This document shows positions 1 to 12,198 of a stretch of DNA of 64,000 nucleotides, in pieces. The stretch lies in assembly GCF_009914755.1 (NCBI RefSeq), contig NC_060933.1; one strand, written 5' to 3'. The notes beneath the pieces were generated by a model. The model saw only the letters and a program-made list of their open reading frames with translations, did not search any database and was not told the origin of the DNA. Made by a program: the position numbers and the translations under genes. Position 1 is the stretch's first letter. The number at the start of each line of letters is the position of its first letter. This DNA is from the human T2T-CHM13v2.0 reference genome, Homo sapiens.

Positions 1-1059
1 AAGGTGTGGATGTGAGAACACTGGGGAGAGGAGCTGCTATAGGCTCTGAGAGCCTGGGTGACAGGGGCCAGGAGCCAGAGACAGAGGGTAGAGATAATGG
101 GGTGGGGACTAGAAATGGCAGAAGTGATTGGGAGCCAGGGGCAGGTGGGGTCTAGGGAAAGGGCAGGGAGAGGACCAGAAGCACCTCAAAGGAGAGACTT
201 CCAGGAGCCTAAGAACAGGAAGTGGATGCTGGGAGGGCCGTGGAGTCCAGAGGGAAGTGTGGGGACCTTTTAGGAAAGGGTGGGGAAGATTTTCAGCCTC
301 AACTGGGAATTGAGGTGACTTGGCATCTGATAGGCAGTAGCCAGCAGCTCCCCAACCTTGCTTTCATTTGAACCCTCTGAATACCGAGGTGCCTGTGCCT
401 CATTGCAGCATTTCTGCCATGAGCGTTGGGGTTTCCTAGGGCTCCAGGAGCCCTGTGCTGAGCCCAGCCTGTGCTTTCAGATGTCCCAGGCCGCGGGGCT
501 CTGTGGTGAGCAGCCCAGGGGCAGCTTGGAGTGGTCCAGGGCACCCCCTGTGTCGGAGCCACATTGCAGTCTGGGACCGCGGGAGCTGGACCATGTGGGT
601 GCGGCCTCGGAGCAGAGTTCCAACCTGGATAAGCTCCAGCCTGGATAAGACGCTCCCCTGCCCACGCAGCCGCTCCCCAACGCTGGGGCAGTCAGCACTC
701 TCTTGAAATAGTACTCCCTTCCAGAAGATCATCTGATGCTCTGTCTCTCTGGTGTTTGTAGGGAGAAAGCCATTCAGAGTTTTATTTTTATTTATTTATT
801 TTGTTTAGTAGTTAGAGGAAGTCATTAAAAAAAAACAAAAAGCCTATGTGGCAGGTGTTGAAATTCAGGAGTAAAATCAGAACTTGCTTCCTCATTTCCG
901 ACCTTGAAAACTACCTGTTTTTCTTGCCATCAAAGGAAGAGGAGGGGCACTTGGGGTGAAGGCAAGGGGTTACAGGCCTCCAGCCAGGGCCCCTGGGGTG
1001 GCCTTAGGCCTTGCAGAAGCTCAGAGCACTGTGATGCAACAGGGAGGCCCAGCTCCACT

Positions 1060-2630
1060 CCCCATCCTCTCCTCTCCATCCTCCCGTCACCATCCTCCCC
1101 TCACCTTCCTCCCCCAGCTTCCTCCCCTCTCTATCCTCCCCTCTCCATCCTCCCTTCACCTTCCTTGTCTCTCCAGCTTCCCCTCACTTTCCTCCCCTCT
1201 CCATCCTCAACTCACTTTCCTCCTCTCTCCATCCTCCCCTCACCTTCCTCCCCTCTCCATCCTCAACTCACTTTCCTCCTCTCTCCAACCTCCCCTCACT
1301 TTCCTCCCCTCTCCACCCTCAACTCACTTTCCTCCTCTCTCCATCCTCCCCTCACCATCCTCCCTTCACCTTCCTTCCCTCTCCATTCTCCCCTCACCTT
1401 CCTCCCCTCTCCATCATCCCCTCCATCCTCCCCTCACCTTCCTCCCCCTCTATCCTCCCCTCACCTTCCTCCCCCTCTATCCTCCCCTCACCTTCCTCCC
1501 CTCTCCATTGTCCCCTCTCCTTCCTCCCCTCACCACCCTCCCCTCACCATCCTCCCCTCACCACCCTCCCCTCACCATCCTTCCCTCACCTTCCTCCCCT
1601 TTCCATCCTCCCCTCACCTTCCTCCCCTCTCCATCGTCCCCTCCATCCTCCCCTCACCTTCCTCCCCTCGCCTTCCTCCCCCTCCATCTTCCCCTCTCCT
1701 TCCTCCCCTCACCACCCTCCCTTAACCATCCTCCCCTCACCATCCTCCCCTCACCTTCCTCCCCCTCCATCCTCCCCTCACCTTCCTCCCCCTCCATCCT
1801 CCCCTCACCTTCCTCCTTCTCCATCCTCCCCTTACCTTCCTCCTTCTTCATCCTTCCTTCTCCCTCCTCCCCCTCCATCCTCCCCTCACCTTCCTCCCCT
1901 TGGCCTCCTCCCCTCTCCATGCTCCCCTCTCCATCCTCCCCTTACCTTCTTCCCCCTTCATCCTCCTTTCTCCATCATTCCCTCTCCATCCTCCCCTCAC
2001 CTTCCTTCCCTTCCATCCTCCCCTCACCTTTCTCCCCTGCCCATCCTCCCCTCATCCTCCTCCCCTCTCCATTCTCCCCTCACCTTCCTCCCTCTCTATC
2101 CTCCCCTCACTTTCCTCCTCCTCCTCCATCCTCCCTTCTCCATCCTCCCCTCACCTTCCTCCCCCTCCATCCTTCCCTCACCTTTCTCTCCTCTCCATTC
2201 TCCCCTCATCTTCCTCCCCCTCCATCCTTCCTTCACCTTCCTCCCCTCCGCACCCTCCCCTCCGCATCCTCCCTTCAGCCTACTCCCCTCCCCATTCTAC
2301 CTCCCTCGACCTTCCTCCCCTCTGTTTCCTCCCCTCTGCATCCCCTCGGCCTCCTCCCCTTGGCTTCCTCCCCTCCGCATCCTCCCCTCCCCATCCACCC
2401 CTCAGCATCCTCCTTTCACCTTCCTCCCCTCCGCATCTTCCCCTCCACATCCTCTTCTCGGCTTCCTCCCCTCGGCTTCCTCCCCTTGGCGTCCTCCCCT
2501 CGGCGTCCTCCCCTCGGCGTCATCCCCTCCCCATCCTCCCCTTCCCATCCTCCCCTCCACATTCTCCTCTCTGCATCCACCCCTCCGCATCCTCCCCTTT
2601 GCATCCTCCCCTGGGCATCCTCCTCTTGCC
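1060..2630. repeat. ~1.57-kb polypyrimidine/polypurine CCT-rich tandem repeat in a WNK2 intron
   Basis: Almost no G on the + strand. Recurring 28-mer ccatcctcccctcaccttcctcccctct is made of two related 14-mers. Boundaries approximate. Confidence 0.95.
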
Positions 2631-3229
2631 TCGGCAGTTCTAGACTCTGCCCTTGCCCATGGTCAATGAGCCACCTGCATTTCACCTGCGGGGTGATGTG
2701 GGACCTGTGGCAGTGGGCTCACATATGGTGTGGCATGGCCCCTGGAAGTCAGTGAGCGTCTCGCTGACTTCTTCATGCCGTGTTGCATTGGTCTGAGCTG
2801 CCTTCCACTGTCTGTTTCCCCTGTGGAGGAAATAACACACATTTGCCTGATAAATGGAGGCAGTCTCTAGTGCCTGGCACCTGCTGATTTCCCTTCACCT
2901 GTGTTCATGTTTGGGACTTTCATTGCAAGTATCAATGTAAGCATTCCGAGTCTGGGTATTTGGAAGTTTGAGGCTTCTTAGCCTGGCCCGTGCTGTTGGG
3001 CACGTCGATGCCAGAGGCCCACTACCTTGGGACCTCCCCGTTTAGATATGAACAAACAGTGTCATTTTACAGCCCCTGTGTGCCGCTTTAGAGTGGCCCA
3101 GGCCAAGGCACAGGCAGGGTGCCCACCCTTCATCCCATGTTCTCCCACGCCACCTCCCTCCTGGAGGAGCTGGCGGTGTTGGAAACACCGAGGAAGCCCA
3201 TCGGCGCTCCCTCCTGTCCCCTCCTGCAG

Positions 3230-3444
3230 GCACCTGAAGGAGATCTCGGAGCTGCAGAGCCAGCAGAAGCAGGAGATCGAAGCTCTGTACCGCCGCCTGG
3301 GCAAGCCACTGCCCCCCAACGTGGGCTTCTTCCACACGGCACCCCCCACTGGCCGCCGGAGAAAAACCAGCAAGAGCAAGCTGAAGGCAGGCAAGCTGCT
3401 AAATCCCCTGGTGCGGCAGCTCAAGGTCGTGGCCTCCAGCACAG
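3230..3444 (+). CDS. WNK2: WNK2 internal coding exon (C-terminal coiled coil, HQ-motif region)
   Basis: Acceptor ctcctgcag| (AG 3228-3229), donor ACAG|gtcggc (GT 3445). Encodes HLKEISELQSQQKQEIEALYRRLGKPLPP...VVASSTG, homologous to the WNK1 coiled coil HLKEIQDLQSRQKHEIESLYTKLGK. Phase 2 to phase 1. Confidence 0.95.
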
Positions 3445-4446
3445 GTCGGCCTCCGGGTGCAGGGCTGGGATGGGAGCGGGGCTGGGGACCCCCGAGTGAG
3501 CCTGGGAGGTAGGCTCCGTGCAGGTGTGACACCCTCGGACCTGGAAGACCACTCGGGGTTATCTCCTTACTGAATCTCCTTTCCCTGGAGCAGGGGAGTC
3601 ATTGCAGCATGAAGGCAGCCCTGGTCCTCCGTCCTCATGCAGAGAGGCAAGGCCCGTGAGTGGGCAGGGGCTGCTCAGCGTTGGGCCTGAGACTCTAGGC
3701 TGTGGGCTGTGCCAGGGAAGCTCAGGCTGCCCTCCCTCACCTGCTCCTCTGCAGGGCACTGCGTGGACGGATGGTGGCTGCTTCCTTTGACCCATTTCTT
3801 GGGTGTGTGCCAGCCGAGCAGCTGTCGTTAGGGGCTGGGGGAGGACGGGAGGACGGTGATGATCTCCCAGTCTTGTTAAAGGTGACACCTAGTCATTGAG
3901 TGGCACTGGCCTGGCCCCAGGCAGCCACCAGCCCACGTCCCTGCATGTCAGGGCTTCCTGAGGCCTCCTGAGCAGCACTGCAGCCTGCTTGCTGGTGGAG
4001 AGCCCTGGCAGTCTGGGATGGAGCCCCTGTGAGCCCAAGTCCCCAAGCATGCCAGGCAAGCCACCATAAGCTCACTATAAGCCCACAACCTTCAGGGCAC
4101 ACAGCCATGAATTATACCCATTACACGAATTCAGAGACAGTTCCCAGAGCTAAGGGAAGACTGAGATGAGAAGTACACAGGCCACTGTGTGCCTGGGTGT
4201 GTCTTCTGTCACTATATTTGCTCAACACAAGTCCAGCACGGCAGTGGGGGCTGGTAGAGACTGGGCACTTTCTTTGCTCTTCCCCATCACTCCTCTGTGG
4301 GAGATGTGGCCATGTGCCTGTGGTCTGCAGGAGACGTGAGCTTCCCCAAGGTCACCCAGCAATGAGCAGGCAGAACAGACTCAATCCACACGGCCCCGAC
4401 CCGGCGGCGCCTCATCGTGCCTGTCGCCTCTTCTCCCCCCGCCCAG

Positions 4447-4638
4447 GTCACTTGGCTGACTCCAGCAGAGGCCCTCCCGCTAAGGACCCTGCCCAAGCCA
4501 GTGTGGGGCTCACTGCAGACAGCACGGGCCTGAGCGGGAAGGCAGTGCAGACCCAGCAGCCCTGCTCCGTCCGGGCCTCCCTGTCTTCGGACATCTGCTC
4601 CGGCTTAGCCAGTGATGGAGGCGGAGCGCGTGGCCAAG
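4447..4638 (+). CDS. WNK2: WNK2 internal coding exon (192 nt)
   Basis: Acceptor ccccgcccag| (AG 4445-4446), donor CAAG|gtgatt (GT 4639). Encodes (G)HLADSSRGPPAKDPAQASVG...DGGGARGQ(G). Phase 1-1, in frame with the previous exon. Confidence 0.93.
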
Positions 4639-5427
4639 GTGATTTCCAGCTTGCCTGTCTCCGAGCATGTGCTAGCCACGTAGGGCCTCAGTGGTGTCCC
4701 CAGGAGCACGCCCGTGTTGTGTAGAGGGGTTGCAAGCTGTGGCAAAGGCTGTTGAGAGGCTTCTTTTAAAAAGGATAAAAAAAAAAAGGTGTAGTCTTTG
4801 GATGAAAGGAATGGAATTGTCCCATCCACCACCAAGTCTTGCTTGTAAGCAGCTCAGGGGGAGGTGATGCTTTGCTAGAGTGGACCTTGGGGAAGTGGCT
4901 AGGACTGGGGAGGGCAGGGGACCTGGCATCCGGCTGTGTGCTCCGGCGCCAGTTCCCAGGCACTGGCTGCCCCACCCCCACCCCCACAGCGGAGCCAGAT
5001 GGTGCTAAACACCGGGTCCTTCCAAAGTCCAGAGGGACGGCTGGGGGGACGAGGGCACAGCTTTCGAGCTGGGAGTTTGGCCTTGAGGAGGAAATTCTCT
5101 CGTCAACGCTGCGTGGACAGCAGCAGCTGCTCAATAAGGTGCTCTCCTGTCCTCACCATCTCTGTCCAGAGAAATCATGGTGACCATGAAGCCGCCCCGC
5201 CCCGCCCACCCCACCCTGCCCGCCCCTCTCCGGGCTGCTTCTCTTCTGCTCTCCCGCTGCCTCCTTCCCATTACATGGTCAGTGGCTTTGGTGCTCCGGG
5301 CTGGGCTAGATGGAGCCGTGGATGTTAAGTGACGAGGCTGGTGTGGCTGTTGGTGTGGAGGAGGAATCGCAGCAACCTGTACTTGATGAGTGTCTCTTTG
5401 TTTTCTTCCCTTTATATTCATTTGCAG

Positions 5428-5526
5428 GCTGGACGGTTTACCACCCAACGTCTGAGAGAGTGACCTATAAGTCTAGTAGCAAACCTCGTGCTCGATTCCT
5501 CAGTGGACCCGTATCTGTGTCCATCT
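5428..5526 (+). CDS. WNK2: WNK2 99-nt frame-preserving cassette exon
   Basis: Acceptor tttatattcatttgcag| (AG 5426-5427), weak donor ATCT|gtctgt (GT 5527). Encodes (G)WTVYHPTSERVTYKSSSKPRARFLSGPVSVSI(W). Phase 1-1, joining the 12154 exon as T|GG = Trp. Confidence 0.88.
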
Positions 5527-6669
5527 GTCTGTATTTGTTCTTTTGTATTTTATCACCTCCTGGCCCTTGGTTTTCTCCCCCCACCCCCTCCCTGTCTTCA
5601 TTACCTTTCATACATTTCATAGGATGCCTCCCCCACCCCATCGAAGTCACCTATTTAATATCAAAGTGGAACCCCATGAGCCGGTCCCCTGGAGCGGCGG
5701 CCGCCAGCGCCTACCCCCAAGCCCCACACAGCGTGTGTGCATGCTCATGGCTGGTGCCTGGGCACGGAAAGCATGTGCAGCGGCTGGCCTGCCTTCCGCC
5801 CCGGGCACCTCTGCCCAGAAGGACTGGAGCCCTTTGCATTCTTTTCGTCACCTCATTTATTTAATTTTTTTTTTTATGTTGGATGTAGTTTTTTTTTCTG
5901 TTGCAATTGTGGCAAATATACATGTCCGCTGTCCCCAGTTCCAGCGACAACAAAAAGACAACCCCAACCTCCTCCAGATGCACAGTGTGTGTCACGCGTG
6001 TCTGGACTGTGAAGACATGCACATAGCGAGCCTATACGGTTCTAAAGGTCACTGGAGGGCGTGGTTTCTGTACCAGGGCCAAATCCCAGCACCCAGTACC
6101 CTGCACACCCACCGCCCTGTGCCCTGCATGTGGAAATGCTGAGAGAACGTGCTCCAGTTCGGGCCTCCCCAGCCCCTCCCCACTGGAAGGGCAGGTCTGG
6201 TCCCCTTTGTCATTGCTCCTCACCCACTGCTGTCTCCAACCCCAAATAGGAGAGTGACGGCCACCTGGGCAGCTCTTCTTTGGAGCATGCATCCTGCTTG
6301 GCCGGCTCCTCCTCCTCCTCCAGCCAGTGGGAGCACTTTACTTGCTGTATTTTCCTGTGACCTCCCATGACCGCAGGGATGAAGTCAATGACGCAGTTCC
6401 TCCAATTGCTACTAAGCCAAAACCCAGTCCCAGCCTTGCTCAGATCCCCTGGAACACAGTTAGTGCCCAGGAACTCCATCTCCAGGGAAGGCTCTGCCTG
6501 CTTGGGGCCATCCCAAAGCACGCAGTTTGTTTTTAACCCTCAGGACGATCGGCCAGTGAACCAAAAGCTGTGAGATTTTTAGGCTTTTGTCTTTTTAACA
6601 GGAAAATTAAGCTTTTTCAACAATTGGATTGGATATGCTGGTTTGGGGCACGTGACTTTTTGCTTGTAC

Positions 6670-6675
6670 AATAAA
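6670..6675 (+). terminator. Candidate intronic polyadenylation signal AATAAA
   Basis: tgtacAATAAAgatacattgtgcttgttggg: TGTA just upstream (6665-6668) and a GT-rich element downstream. Confidence 0.45.
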
Positions 6676-8278
6676 GATACATTGTGCTTGTTGGGAGCCA
6701 GAGGCCATGCCTGTGGGAGGCGTCCACTGCCATCCACCCACCCCATCAGAGGTCCATGTGGGTCATCATTCTCCGGGCAGGCAATTCGAGGACACAAGGG
6801 CCATGTAGGAATGCCAGGGCCTTCCCAGGGCTTCCCGTTCGCCTGTTTAACAGGCTGCCCTGTTTCGGCCACCATGTCATCTGGGCTGTTGGTCTGGGGG
6901 TCTGGGTGGCCTGGTGTCTGGTGAGTTGCTGAGTTGAATCTGGGGAGGAGTGGGCGCCTTCCCCCCCACCCCTGCGTCTCTGGGTCCTCTTATGGCAGCC
7001 GGCTGTGGTTCCTTCTCCGCAGCCGGTTCCCGGCCCTGCTGGCCTTGTGCCTCACTTGCTGCTCCTCTTCCGGCTCCTGCATGTGCGGCTCGATCTGGGG
7101 CTGTCACTGGGGGCGAGGGCACCTGGGAGACTCAGTGCAGGGTGTTAGTGTCAGGTATGGCGCCTACCCAGGCCCCACTTCCACCCCCATGCTGTGTTTT
7201 GTGGTATTGCTTGTTTTCACGGCTTAGCCCCCATCAGGCAAGTCTTAGTCTTAGTCTTTTTGGGCCATAATGTCTCCCCCAGTTCCCCCACACTCTGAAG
7301 TTGCTGGCCGGGGAGAGCCCAGGTGGGCCTCTGCCCTGGGCGCCTCTCAAGCCCTGTCTGGATCAGCTCCAGGCCTCCGAAGTCTCTGCCACTCTACTGG
7401 GATGTGGCTGGGACTGGCCCCTCCTGCCTCTGTGCCCCTGGGCTGTGGAGGCTGGACTTCTTGTTGAGCCATCCACTGGCACATCTGCTGCTCATGGGTA
7501 AACCCCCAGGGCAGCCCAAAAGAGAAGGGAGAGCTGTGGGGTCTGTGAGGAGACCAAGCACCTCCAGGGGAAAGACTGCAGGGGTGGGCGCAGCCCTGTG
7601 AGCGCTGAGAGGCTGAGGACTTGGGCGGAAGCTGTGGGATTGCGCCAGGCTTGGAGGCCAGGAGGGAGGGTTGCAGGCAGGGGTAGTGTGAGCAGATGGG
7701 CTAGGAAGACGCTGAGGTCGGTGTATGGAAGACACCGAGGGGTCGGGGGTCGCGCTGCAAGTAGAGGAGGAGCAGGGTGGATGCCAAGGTGCGGCTAGTG
7801 GGGGGCAGCCGGCGCAGCCAGCCCAGCCTTTGCTCCCTAGGGCCTGGGGAGAGCTTTCAGCTCACTGCCCTGGTGTGGGGCACTCCCACTTCCTGGAAGA
7901 GAAACAGTTCCAGGAAAACAAAATGTGTTAAATTTTGAAATATAGAAGGATCCTGGCCTCTGTGAAGGTCAGAGAAGATGAAACGGCCCCAGGCAGGGTG
8001 GGTTGAGGCCAGGCCAGAGGATGGGCTGCGGGTGCCCAGGTGGCTGTGCCCAGGGATAGAGCAGGGCAGTGCAGCAGGCACCTCCAGAGGCCCGAGCTGA
8101 CTCAAGGTGCAGGACAGGGAATAAAGCAGTGGAGGCTGGGAGCAGCAGGTGGACAGACCCCTAGGGAGTGCAAGGCCCTGCTTAGAACCCCTGTGAGCTG
8201 GGCCCCTTGGCATAGACTTCTCACCCAGCTTGCAGATGCCCCCTTGTGGTCAGCAGTTGCTGTGGGGAGCTCACATGA

Positions 8279-8728
<450 letters not shown>

Positions 8729-11700
8729 TGACCGGGCATGTTCTGGCACCCTGTGGGCCTTTCTCTCTGCACGCTGGTATCTCTTTGGGTTTTCTCCACA
8801 TTGGCTGTTGGCTGCAGCATGTTTGGCTCAGGGACCCTCCGGTGTCACTGCACGATGCCTTCTAGGCCTTCTCCCACCGTGGAATGCTTTCATCCCTCCC
8901 GGTGGGGAGAGAGTGCATGCTCAGCGAGGCTCTTTGCAGCAGGTGTTCAGGAGGCCTCGGGGTGGAGGGCATCCAGAGAGGAGGGCCCCCACCCTGCACT
9001 GCGCCCACCAGGCCCTGACCTCTGCAGCCAGGGTGGTCAGTGCTGCGTACCACTGTGGGCTGTCTGTGGAGCAGGCCTGTGTGCAATGGGGCCTAGTGCA
9101 ATGTGGGGTCATTTAGCTCAAGGCAACATGAAAACAGCCCCAGGTCTCCCTGGGCAGAGCCAAGGCAGATCCTGCTTCCCAATGCATGCTTTGTGGACAG
9201 TTTTTGGCTCAAGAACATGGTTGTTCAATACGTAGACACCTTAAAAGGGGTTTTGTCCCTGGATGCCCATTTTTCTCCTGTGCCAGAAAAGGGAGCCAGT
9301 GCTGACCATGGCGGGGGCTGACCCACCTGAGGGTGCGCGGGAAGTTGTGGGGGACTGAGGTGAAGCCGCCAGGGCACCCATGATGGGAGGTGGGCTGCCC
9401 CAGCTGTCCCGTGGGCTCCTGGGCAGTATTGAGCCCTGTGAGGTGAAAAGCGAATGTGGGGATTGCTCAGGGGCTGACCACTTTTTAGTCCCCCTGTCCC
9501 AGGCACACACCCTCAGTTTGAATCCTTCTTGGTTGAGATGTCTTCTTGGCCACAGGCTGAGGGTCTGGATGGGGCAGGTGCTCGGGCTACCCAGAGGGCA
9601 GGGCCGTTGACCCAAGAGCAGGCTGTTTTTGTGCCATGGCTGGAGTGGGGAGGGAGCCTCCACTTGCGCCTGGGGGGCTTCAGCTGATGTCGGCTGCACA
9701 AAAGCAGGAGATGCCAAGTCCAAGAGCCGGCCCTCCTGTCGTCCTGTGTGCTGCCACTTTTACATTCTGGGAAGAAAGCAGCGGATCCCCCAACAGCTGG
9801 GATGAGGCTGCCAAGCCCCCGCCCCAGCACCACTGAGCAGTCCAGGGCCTTGGCGCCGCCTCTTCCTGGGCCTGGCTGGGGATGGAAGCCCCACAGGGAG
9901 ACCGAGGTGGGCCTGGCGTCAATTGGCAGCCTCCTGAAAGTTTCCTTTGTTCTCCCGTTGCTGCCTTATGGACAGGAGGTGGGGGTGCTTTTCCTGGCAC
10001 AGAGCGAGTGGCAGGGGGCCAGGTGGGGGCTGTCTTTGGGTGCCATCTGCATGGTGGGCAAGTGAGGGGCAGGGCCCAATCGAGGCCGAGGCTCTGGAGA
10101 GGTGGACTAAGGAGCCACCTAAGGACGGGCAGGGCTGTCCAGAGTGTGGGGAGGTCTCTGCCCCAGCCCAGTTGTCTGCAGTGAGTGGCGTCCGACAGCA
10201 TGGCCTTGAAAGACTGGCACCCATCAGTTTGTCTGGAGGTCTAGGAGCCGTCTGCACACTGGTCACTGGGGCCCAAGTTTAGGAGGGGCCCAAGTTTAGG
10301 AAGGGCCCATGGAGGCCTCCGTGGGCCAGGGTTGCTCCCTGGCTCTGAGCAGGTGCCGTGTCCTCCAGACACTCCAGACCCCAGGTTCCCAGGACAGTGA
10401 GTGAGTCCCAGCTCTGATCGCAGGTCCAGGCTCCCTCTGGTGGTTCCCAGCCGGCAGCCGGCCTGTTTGATGGTGTTCTTCCCAGCATGGCAACAGCCAG
10501 GAATTAGCACTGAATGTAGAGTTCCAGCCACACCAAGAGCTGCCAGATAGACACAGAGCAGCTTTTTGAAGCACCTGGCTTAGGACTGTCTACATGGGAC
10601 CATGGGCCACAGCCCCCCACAAAGCCTGCCAGGGAAATTGGTGCTCACCCAGTGCCCCTACATATTGGATCCTAGCCTAGCCTGCATCACAGACTTCAGG
10701 GGCCCCTCCTGCACTACAGAAAACCAGCCATACCTCCCCTGTAAACTTGAGTGAGCCATTGAGGGGATATCAGCTCTGTGTTCCTGGCAGGGTTTCATCT
10801 CAGAACAGAGCAGCCAGGGAACAGCCCTTCGGAGCTGCTCACCCAGAGCCCACTGGTCTGGATCCCTCCCGCTGGGCTCCCTCCTTTTTATTAGAACAGT
10901 AAAGTCTGCAACAGAACACCACCTCACCTTTCCCCACACTAGCTCAGGAACAGACAGAATGGACTAAAAATAGTTGAGCTAGGTTTCCAAGTCCAGGATG
11001 CACAACTCAGGCCGAGCTTGGGCCAAGGAGCTGGACGACAAGTTGCCCGCTGTCCCCCGAGGCAGGAGGCATGAGCCCTTCTGGAGAAGGAAGGCAGACG
11101 TTGCCAGGTTTTCTGAGTCCCTGCAAGATCAGAGTCGCTCCTTTTTAGGTCTCCCGGGAACAGCGCTGAGGAGCGTGTTCCTGCTGCGGAGGGAGTGTGC
11201 TCCTGGCAAGGGGCCGTGGGCTGGAGTGTAGACAGAGCCTCTGTGCTAGTGAGGCTTTGCCGAGTGACCTTGGGGAAGTCTGAGCCTGTGCTTGCCCGTC
11301 CCAGCTCTGCCTGCCTATAGGATAAGCAGGGATGGCCGTGCCTTCCGGCCCAGCCTGCCCTGGGGACCTTGTCCCCACCAGGCTGGGCACTGACTGGCTA
11401 GGACATTGCATTCAGTGTATACCAGGTGCCCTCTGGGTAGTTGGGACCAGTCGGTTTAGTGGTGGTCCCAGTTAGAAGGAGGCCAGAAATGTTCCAGGCT
11501 GAGGCCTTGCCCTACCCCTTGTGGATACTGACTTGTTAATGAGGCGGTAGTGTCCCCAGACATTGAGGTCAGCCCCTAGATAGAAACCCTCGAGTCCCCT
11601 ACTCAACACTTGCCGCTGACCTCATCTGAGGCAGCCATCTGAGATCCAGACTTGGCCTCCAACCTGCAAAACAATGTATCTTTTTGCACTTGGAAAACCT

Positions 11701-12153
11701 CCGATGGGCTTCGGCGGCCAAGCCCAGCTGTGCCCAGCTCCATTCCAGAGCTCCCGTGGCCGACTCAGCAGGGTGTCCTGCCTCCATCAGTGGGGCTCCC
11801 AGAAGCCTGATGTTTGAAAGCCAAGCGGTGTGCTTTGCTTTTTTCTTTTTTTTTTTCTTTTTTCTTTCTCTTTTACTTTTCTTAGAATATGCTTCTAGAG
11901 ACAAACACTTCTCCCTGAAGCTTAGGGGCTTGGCCCTGGCACCTCTGCCCCCTCGGCGAAGCTCGTGGGAGCCTGCACCCTCTCTCCAGGGGCTGCCCCG
12001 TTTCCCCCGGCCGGGTCGGCCCTCTCTCTGAACTGCTGCCTGTGTCTGCCCCTCCCTGCACACTGACGACTTTTGCTTAGTGTGGTAGCGTGTCCCAGTG
12101 TGTGCTGTTCTGCCTAACCCTGTGGTCTTGTGTCGTTTCTTTTTCCCTTGCAG

Positions 12154-12198
12154 GGTCTGCCCTGAAGCGTCTCTGCCTAGGCAAAGAACACAGCAGTA
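12154..12198 (+). CDS. WNK2: WNK2 45-nt frame-preserving cassette exon
   Basis: Branch-like ctaac near 12114, pyrimidine tract and tttcccttgcag| (AG 12152-12153), donor AGTA|gtaatt (GT 12199). Encodes (W)SALKRLCLGKEHSS(R). Phase 1-1. Confidence 0.88.

Noticed and set aside
956-2755. 599-aa and overlapping Pro/Ser/Leu-rich ORFs
   Set aside because: Artefact of the CCT repeat, which rarely forms stop codons. Several frames are open at once and there are no splice signals.
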